Positions 57,500-64,000 of a stretch of 64,000 bases of DNA are shown here, in pieces. Made by a program: the position numbers and the translations under genes. Origin of the DNA: an uncultured delta proteobacterium (lineage in GTDB: Bacteria > Myxococcota_A > Polyangia > Polyangiales > JAFGIB01); contig CAVZVA010000002.1 of NCBI GenBank assembly GCA_963778655.1, positions 384,001-448,000 of the forward strand, given 5' to 3'. Position 1 is the first letter of the stretch. The number at the start of each line of letters is the position of its first letter. The notes beneath the pieces are model-generated. The model did not search any database, was not told the DNA's origin, and saw only the letters and a list, made by a program, of their open reading frames with translations.

Positions 57500-58603
57500 T
57501 CAGCGCACCAGACGCTGACACTCGAGCGCGTATTCACCCACCGCGAGCGACGCGCAGCTGCGATACGCCTCACGCGCCCCACGGTGATCGCCGAGCGCCT
57601 CGCGCGCCGCGCCCAACACGATCCAGCCCTCGGAGCTGGTCTGATCGACTGCGACGGCGCGTGCGGCAAGCTCGCGCGCGCGCTCGTTGTCGCCGGCGTC
57701 GAGCCGCAGGTAGGCCATGCGACTGATCGCGGGCGCAACGTCGGGATGGCGCGCGAGCAGTTGCTCGTAGGCGGCGATCGCATCCTCACGGCGGCCCGCG
57801 TCGAGCAGTGCCTGCGCCGAAGCAAGCGCCGCGCTCACCTCTGAAACGCCGGCGCTGGACGCGGCAGCCCTGGTCGTCGCGGCGGGCGACTCCGGGCTCG
57901 CCTGCGGCGCCGCGCCGAGCTGGCCGGGGCGCGCGGGTGGCGGGACGATGACGGGCGCCGCCTGCGCCCCGGCTTGTAGACCCGGCGCAAGCGCAGGCGT
58001 GGGTGCCGGCGTCGCGGTCGTAGCCGTGGGCGCGGGCGTCGCCGTGGTGGCGGGCGGGAGCGCAGCCGGGGCTGCAGCCGTTGCCACGGGCTCGGCCCGC
58101 GCCACCCGCGCCGCCGGCGGCGCGGGCGGGACGGCGGGCGCCACGGGCAGCACGCGCGCGGGCAACCCTGCAGCGTGGCCGAGCTCGACCGGCACCGGCA
58201 TCACCAAGCGCGCGTACACCAGGTATCCGCCGAGCGCGAGCAGCGAGCCGCCCAGCAGCACCAGCGTGGCGTACATCGCGCGCCGCGCGCCGTGGGCCAT
58301 CGCCGCAGGCGGCTCGAGCTCCCAGGGCTCCTCGGCGTGCGGGTGCTGCGGCGGCTGCGAGAAGAACTCCTGGTGAAGCCGCTCCAGCTCGTCGGCATGA
58401 GCGTGCCCCGCGACCGCTGCCGCGTCCTCCGGCGGCGGCGCGTCGGGCGGCGCAGCGCTCGGCCGCTGGGCGCTCGCCGCGGAGGCGCCCGCCTCAGGCG
58501 CTGAGGCACGCGCCGGCAGCACGCTGTCGCGGGCGGGCGGTAGCGAGCGCGGCCGCAGGCTCTTGCGCTGGGGCGGCGGCTTTCTCAGTCCACGTCGGGG
58601 CAT
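57500..58603 (-). CDS. Bitopic membrane protein with a C-terminal TPR domain
   Basis: TM segment, Pro/Ala linker, TPR helices (AIAAYEQLL...GWIVLGAAREALGD..GAREAYRSC). Confidence 0.75.
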   Translation of the reverse strand: MPRRGLRKPPPQRKSLRPRSLPPARDSVLPARASAPEAGASAASAQRPSAAPPDAPPPEDAAAVAGHAHADELERLHQEFFSQPPQHPHAEEPWELEPPAAMAHGARRAMYATLVLLGGSLLALGGYLVYARLVMPVPVELGHAAGLPARVLPVAPAVPPAPPAARVARAEPVATAAAPAALPPATTATPAPTATTATPAPTPALAPGLQAGAQAAPVIVPPPARPGQLGAAPQASPESPAATTRAAASSAGVSEVSAALASAQALLDAGRREDAIAAYEQLLARHPDVAPAISRMAYLRLDAGDNERARELAARAVAVDQTSSEGWIVLGAAREALGDHRGAREAYRSCASLAVGEYALECQRLVR

Positions 58604-58786
58604 CGCAGGTCTACGGGCTTACCCACCCATCCTTGAGTCGTCCGAAGGGCTCGCCTTGTCCGTCCCCGCAAGCCGGACGGCTCGGGTTAGCCTCGAGCTG
58701 AACAAAGGTTCCATACGTTGCGCGAAGCGACAACCCAGCGGACAACCGCAGCAGCAGGGCCCGGCCCTGGTGGTCTGGCCATCGCC

Positions 58787-61700
58787 GTGAACGCTTACAA
58801 GCGAGCCCACAACTTGTCACGAAGAGCGCAGCCCGCGCCGCCCCGCAGCTGGCGGCGGCCGGTGCTGGCGGCAGTCGTGGCGTGCCTGGGGCTGGGCGCC
58901 TTGCTACCGGCGCCCGCGCGGGCCCAGCTGCTGGTGCATCCACGGCGTCCGGGCCAGACCAACGTGCGCTACGCCGACTTCGAGTGGCGCTACGTCGACC
59001 TGCTCACCCACGAGAAGCTCAAGCTCGACATCGAGTGGCAGCACGGGCCGCGCTATCACCTGAGCGCCTACCGGCCGCCGGCGATGGGCACGCCCTGGGC
59101 ATGGCCCGCGCTCAAGACGCCGGTGTCGCTGCACAACGCGTCGACCCGCAGCGCCGGGCCCGCGCCTAGCTCGCGCAAGGGCGTGCTGGAGACGGCGGGC
59201 GGCATCCGCCTGTACTTCTACGAGCGCGAACGCTCGATCGCCGAGCGCGCCGCCGCGAGCATCGAGAAGTCCTATCGCTACCTGGCCGAACAATTCGGCT
59301 ACGCGCCGCGCAAAACCTTCGCGTACTTTCTGTACAGCAGTTACATCGAGTTTCTGCAGACCGATCTGTTTCCGTTGCAGGAAGGCGTGCTGGGCGTGAC
59401 CAGCCCCGAGAGCCTCGAGCTCACGCTGCCGTACTTCGGCGATCAACGCATGTTCGAGGACGTCTCGACCCACGAGCTCGCGCACGAGTTCACCCTGCAG
59501 AAGCTGTTGACCGAAGCCAAGAAGGCGGGCTTGCCCGACGCCCCGCTGATGCAGTTCCCGGTCTGGTTCATCGAGGGCTCGGCCGAGTACTACGCCAAGC
59601 ACGGCCTCGACCCCGAGGCCGAGGTGCTGGTGCGCGACCTGATCGTCAATCCGGCCCAGGACGGCTACGTGCTCGGGGACTTCTTCGAGGACCGGCTCAA
59701 CGACGGGTTGTGGACGTACAAGGTCGGCCAGGCGCGCTGCGCATTCCTGGAGGAGACCTACGGCAAGGGCACACTGCAACGCATCCTCGAACAGAGCCCG
59801 CGCCTGGCCAAATCCCCGGACCACGGAGGCGCGGCCAGCTTCCGCGCGCTGGTCGCGCGCGTGGTGAAGGACCACGCCTCGCACATCGCCACGCGCTTCG
59901 AGCGCTGGATCAAGCGCCGCGCTTACCGCTCTTATCTCGCCACCTCACAGGACGTGGATGACATGAGCGCGGTCTCCGAGGTCGAGGGTCTGGTGCAGAC
60001 CCTGAGCGCGTCGCCCAGCGGGCAGCTGCTGCTGTACCGCAGCATCGACCGCGACACCGGAGCGACCAGCCTGTACCTGATGGACAGGCACGCGCCGGAC
60101 GACGCCAAGCGGGTCGCGCGCGACGGCACGCCGGGAGTCGAGTCGCTGCACCCGGTCTCGGGACGCAACTTCGACCTGACCGACAGCGAGCTCGCCTTCG
60201 TGGCGCAGCGCGGCGGCCGCGACGTGATCTACGTGCAGCGCTTCGACGAGGACGCCGAGCCGGAGCCGTGCTCGGACAAGGGCAAGCGCGCGCAGCGCGT
60301 CTGTGACTGGGACGTCTCCTTTCACCTGCGGCCGCGCCGCCCGCTGCCGGTCGGCAAACACGGCCTGCTCACGGTCGACGCGATCGCGCTCTCTCCCAAC
60401 GGACGCGGGCTCGCGTTCATCGGCCTGTCGGAAAGCGGTCAGAAGGATCTCTACATGATCCCACGCATCGACGACGAGCAGCTGACGATCGTGCAGCTGA
60501 CCCACGATCAGTTCGCCGAGCGCGAGCTGAGCTGGGGACCGGCCGGCATCGTGTACAACTCCGACGCGACCGGCCACGGCAAGTTCAACCTGTTCCGCAT
60601 CGATCCGCTGCTGCCGACCAAGGTCGAGCGCTTGACCTTCGAGCCGCGGGACGAGATGAGCCCGGAGATGCTGCCCGATGGGCGCATCTTCTTCGTGGCC
60701 TACGACTCGGCGGGCGCGAATCTCTACGAGGTGACGCGGCAGGGCGAGCGCACGGTGGTCGTGCGCAAAACCGACGTCTCGACCGGTCTCTACGACGTGA
60801 GCCCGGGGCCGGACGGCAGCGTATGGGCGCTCTACCACCACGGCCATCGCCGGGTGCCGGTGCGCATCGGCGCGAGCGCGCTGCTCAACCAGCCGACCGA
60901 AGCGCCACCGCCCGACGGCCCGCCCTCGCCGCCGCGACGCCTGTCGCTGCTGGTCGACCGCAAGTACAATCCCTTCAGGCTCTCGAGCTGGACGCCGGAG
61001 GGCTTCTTCGTGCTGGCCGGGTTCAGCACCAGCGGCGTGTTCGGAAGCCTGGTCGCCACCGCCTCCGACCGCTTGCGCGACCACGGGCTGATCCTGAGCT
61101 CCGCGGTGTACGGCTCGTTCGACCTGCTCGACGTCGACCTGACCTACGTTAATCAGCAACGACGACTCATCTGGGGCCTTTCGCTGTTTCACGAGGTCTA
61201 CCCCTTCTTCGATCGGAGCTTCGAGACCAGTAACCCCGACACCAGCGTGAGCTTCGTGTCATGGCGGCGCTACTTCGGCAGCGGGGGCGTGCTGCGCTAC
61301 CCCTTCAGCCAGTTCCTGTATGCCCAGGCCGAGCTCTCGGCCGGTGGGGCGGGCTACTTCGTCAGCAACGACACCGCCAAGGAGCTACGCGGCCTGATGC
61401 AGACCATGGCACCGGAATCGGCGTCGAGCCTACCTGCACGCCCCATCCAAGTGCAGGCCCCGGCGCGACCGACGCAGGACCTGCTCTCGCTGTGGAAGGC
61501 CCAGAATCGAGGGCTGCGCTTCCACACCGAGACCGCGTTGAGCCTGGGCTACAGCACCATCGGCTACCACCGCTCCACCGGACCGATCCGCGGCGAGGCG
61601 CTGCTGCTCTCGACCAGCTTGGGCGCCGAGCCGTTCGACGACGTCGAGTACGAGCAGGCACGGCTCGACGCCGAGCACTACATCCGCATCTCGGGCGCGG

Positions 61701-62113
61701 CCAACCTGATGCTGCGCGGCGCCGCCGGCATGACGCTGGGGGACCGGCGCGCGCCCCAGTACTTTCTGTCGAGCTTCCACACGCTGCGCGGCGTGCCCTT
61801 CGGCGACACCGATTTCCTGCTCGGACGCGAGTTCTTCTACAGCACCGTGGAATTCCAGTTCCCGATCGCAACCTTCATGGAGCTGCCCCTGATCGACCTC
61901 GAGGGCGTGCTCGCCAGCGATTTCGGTGGGGTGGGCAACGGCGCCAGCGGGATCTGGGACCGGCGCGTGCTGGACCTGGTGTTCGGGGTGAACCTGGGCT
62001 TCGCACCGCTGGTGCTGCGAATTCATTTCGGCCAGCCGATCGGCATCGGCGCGCCCCTACCCAACAACGGCAAGCTGGTGTTCAACTTCTCGCTGGTGTG
62101 GCGCTACGAGTAG
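58787..62113 (+). CDS. Zincin metallopeptidase + TolB/PD40-like propeller + Omp85 (BamA/TamA-type) barrel fusion
   Basis: Signal ARA; THELAHEF...WFIEGSAEY; LSPNGR and LPDGR blades; TLRGVPF loop motif; C-terminal FNFSLVWRYE. Start uncertain. Confidence 0.8.
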   Translation: MNAYKRAHNLSRRAQPAPPRSWRRPVLAAVVACLGLGALLPAPARAQLLVHPRRPGQTNVRYADFEWRYVDLLTHEKLKLDIEWQHGPRYHLSAYRPPAMGTPWAWPALKTPVSLHNASTRSAGPAPSSRKGVLETAGGIRLYFYERERSIAERAAASIEKSYRYLAEQFGYAPRKTFAYFLYSSYIEFLQTDLFPLQEGVLGVTSPESLELTLPYFGDQRMFEDVSTHELAHEFTLQKLLTEAKKAGLPDAPLMQFPVWFIEGSAEYYAKHGLDPEAEVLVRDLIVNPAQDGYVLGDFFEDRLNDGLWTYKVGQARCAFLEETYGKGTLQRILEQSPRLAKSPDHGGAASFRALVARVVKDHASHIATRFERWIKRRAYRSYLATSQDVDDMSAVSEVEGLVQTLSASPSGQLLLYRSIDRDTGATSLYLMDRHAPDDAKRVARDGTPGVESLHPVSGRNFDLTDSELAFVAQRGGRDVIYVQRFDEDAEPEPCSDKGKRAQRVCDWDVSFHLRPRRPLPVGKHGLLTVDAIALSPNGRGLAFIGLSESGQKDLYMIPRIDDEQLTIVQLTHDQFAERELSWGPAGIVYNSDATGHGKFNLFRIDPLLPTKVERLTFEPRDEMSPEMLPDGRIFFVAYDSAGANLYEVTRQGERTVVVRKTDVSTGLYDVSPGPDGSVWALYHHGHRRVPVRIGASALLNQPTEAPPPDGPPSPPRRLSLLVDRKYNPFRLSSWTPEGFFVLAGFSTSGVFGSLVATASDRLRDHGLILSSAVYGSFDLLDVDLTYVNQQRRLIWGLSLFHEVYPFFDRSFETSNPDTSVSFVSWRRYFGSGGVLRYPFSQFLYAQAELSAGGAGYFVSNDTAKELRGLMQTMAPESASSLPARPIQVQAPARPTQDLLSLWKAQNRGLRFHTETALSLGYSTIGYHRSTGPIRGEALLLSTSLGAEPFDDVEYEQARLDAEHYIRISGAANLMLRGAAGMTLGDRRAPQYFLSSFHTLRGVPFGDTDFLLGREFFYSTVEFQFPIATFMELPLIDLEGVLASDFGGVGNGASGIWDRRVLDLVFGVNLGFAPLVLRIHFGQPIGIGAPLPNNGKLVFNFSLVWRYE

Positions 62114-62273
62114 GCAGCTCGCGGGCCTCAGCCACTCAGCCTGAGCGGAAAAATCCGCGGTATCTCCGTGTTTCGCTCATGGCCCGGCCGCCGGGCGCGA
62201 CATGTAGGCGAGCATTGATCGGGCAGGGGTTTCGGGGGATAGTTTGCGCGGTGGCGTGGTGCTGGAGGTGCTC

Positions 62274-63284
62274 GTGGGACGACAGGCAGTAGCCTGGTTG
62301 CTGGCGCTCGGATGCGTGGTCGGGTCGGGGTGCGCGCAGGGCGCCTCCAAGGCCTACGTCAATAAGAGCGGGCTGTTCGTGGACGGCGGAGGTGTATCGG
62401 TCTTGCCGCCGGGCACTGGGGGCACTGTCGGGGGCGCAGGCGGAAACAGCGGGACGATCGGCGGTGAAGTGTGCGGCAGCGTGACCTGCGAGGCGGGCAA
62501 GGCCTGCTGCGACAACGTCTGCGTCGACATCACCTCCAACATCAACCGCTGTGGCGGCTGTAACACCGTGTGTCCGAGCGGGGCGATGTGCACGGCCGGC
62601 GTTTGTACCTGCGCGAACCCGACCGCGATGGTGTGCAAGGGCATCTGTGTCGACGTGATGGGCCAGGACAGCAACAACTGCGGCGTCTGCGGCAAGGCGT
62701 GCGCCCCCCCGACGACCTGCATGGCCGGCGTGTGCAAGTGCCCGAACGGGAGCACCGGCGACTTCGTCTGTGGCGACCAGTGCGTCGACACCATGACCGA
62801 CAACGACAACTGCGGAAAGTGCGGCAACGCGTGCGCCATGCCGACCGTGTGCAGCGGCGGCGTGTGCGGTTGTCCGCTGGGCGGCACGATGTGCGGCTCG
62901 GATTGCGCGCAGCTCATGACCGACAACAACAACTGCGGAAAGTGCGGCACCGTCTGCGGCGACCCCACGTCGTGCAAGGCCGGGGTGTGCAAGTGCCCGA
63001 ACGCGGGCGAGATCTACTGCAACGGGATCTGCGACAAGCTGTTGATGGACGACATGAACTGCGGCGCCTGCGGCAACCCCTGCCCCAGCGGCCAGAACTG
63101 CTGCCTCGGCAAGTGCGTAAACGAGCAGAGCGACAAGGCCAATTGCGGAGGCTGCGGGATGGATTGCGGCCAGACCGCCGACAGCTGTATGAGCGGGGCC
63201 TGCAAGTGCGGCTCGATGAACGCGTGCAACTCGAATCAGAGCTGCCAGCCTGGGCTCTTCGGCGGCTCCCCCGTCTGCTTCTGA
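62274..63284 (+). CDS. Cys-rich repeat lipoprotein (MXAN_6577/Stig1-like repeats)
   Basis: GGAGG then GTG; lipobox GSGC; six D-x-x-N-C-G-x-C-G-x-x-C repeats. Confidence 0.85.
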   Translation: MGRQAVAWLLALGCVVGSGCAQGASKAYVNKSGLFVDGGGVSVLPPGTGGTVGGAGGNSGTIGGEVCGSVTCEAGKACCDNVCVDITSNINRCGGCNTVCPSGAMCTAGVCTCANPTAMVCKGICVDVMGQDSNNCGVCGKACAPPTTCMAGVCKCPNGSTGDFVCGDQCVDTMTDNDNCGKCGNACAMPTVCSGGVCGCPLGGTMCGSDCAQLMTDNNNCGKCGTVCGDPTSCKAGVCKCPNAGEIYCNGICDKLLMDDMNCGACGNPCPSGQNCCLGKCVNEQSDKANCGGCGMDCGQTADSCMSGACKCGSMNACNSNQSCQPGLFGGSPVCF

Positions 63285-63325
63285 GACCCGCCAGGGCCTT
63301 CCAACGTCGCGAGCTGATCACGCGG

Positions 63326-63394
63326 TGCCCGCTGCATGCGGGCGAGATCCATTGCAACGGCGCCTGCGACAAGCTGCTGGCTGACGACGCCAAT
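63326..63394 (+). pseudogene. Degenerate relic of one Cys-rich repeat
   Basis: Encodes CPLHAGEIHCNGACDKLLADDAN versus in-gene CPNAGEIYCNGICDKLLMDDMN (62994-63059). Confidence 0.6.
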
Positions 63395-63661
63395 CTGGCG
63401 GCGGCCCGCCGCCTCACACGCATCGCGGCTGGGGCATTTTGCACCGCTGCGCATGTGCATGATGTCTCGCAGTTTTGACCGCGCGCGCCGAATTCATTGT
63501 CCGACAGCGACACGTCCTGTTTTTGGTCGTCGCGACTCACAGTCAAACGTGTCGAGGGCATTAACTCGGCCGGTGGTGAGGCGAGCTGCGCCTGGCCTGC
63601 CCGTGCATCGGCGGCCGCGCGCAGCGAGGCGTCAAAGCAACTTGTGGTTGGAGACAAAGCC

Positions 63662-64000
63662 ATGAATTTCACACAGGTCCTGAAACGAATTCCCTACGCT
63701 GCCGGCGTGCTGGCCGGCCTGCTCGCTGGCTGCGCAGCTCGCGCGCCGGCAGACGCGCCCCAGGTCGCCGCGGTCGATCAGGCCTTGACCGTGATCGATT
63801 GCCAGAATCAAGCGGCGCAATGCCTGGGCACGCTGCCAAGCCCGGACAAAATCACGAGCTGTCGGACCGACATGCAGAGCTGCCTGATGCAGGCTCAGAG
63901 CGATCAGCAGGCCCAGGCGACGGCGCTCGGCCAGTGCACCAGCGACGCGATGACCTGCGGGCAGAGCGCGGTGAGCTTCGCGGACGCGATGACCTGCAGG
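63662..64000 (+). CDS. Lipoprotein with Cx6C helical repeats, truncated by window edge
   Basis: Not in the ORF track. MNFTQVLKRIPYAAGVLAGLLAGC...CQNQAAQC...CRTDMQSC...CTSDAMTC; open to the window end. Confidence 0.75.
   Translation, partial: MNFTQVLKRIPYAAGVLAGLLAGCAARAPADAPQVAAVDQALTVIDCQNQAAQCLGTLPSPDKITSCRTDMQSCLMQAQSDQQAQATALGQCTSDAMTCGQSAVSFADAMTCR

Noticed and set aside
62994..63394. Diversity-generating retroelement TR/VR pair
   Set aside because: Mismatches are not adenine-specific, there is an indel, and no reverse transcriptase is present.

Overview
High-GC (roughly 70%) bacterial DNA, most likely from a myxobacterium (Myxococcota, Polyangia-like). The assignment is inferred from a MYXO-CTERM tail, many Gly/Cys-rich lipoproteins and a TonB_C-fused receptor. 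About 57 CDS and one tRNA-Gly(CCC) are supportable. The main result is a ~17.5 kb putative transition-metal acquisition and redox locus (3615-21118). It contains a RegB/RegA-type two-component system whose sensor has a His/Met-rich loop, and several perfect RegR/RegA-type boxes (GCGGC-N5-GTCGC, AT-rich spacer) at the locus promoters. It also has divergent YtkA/FixH-like lipoproteins each followed by a c-type cytochrome (one penta-heme and frameshifted) and a CxxC outer-membrane barrel operon. A TonB-dependent receptor/lipoprotein/ExbBD/TonB operon is headed by a small His/Cys-rich exported ORF ending in APKASPP, a candidate metal-sensing ribosome-arrest leader. That ORF has a Fur/Zur-like palindrome upstream and a TA-flanked MITE at its stop codon. 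Two intergenic tandem arrays (99 bp x ~2.3 and 137 bp x ~7.2) of multi-hairpin units share a covarying core and look like a structured repeat family, not CRISPR. Other notable items are a TerB-phosphoglycosyltransferase fusion, an LPMO-like MYXO-CTERM protein, a metallopeptidase-propeller-Omp85 fusion and a double beta-propeller lipoprotein operon. All calls come from reading motifs by eye; no database searches were run.
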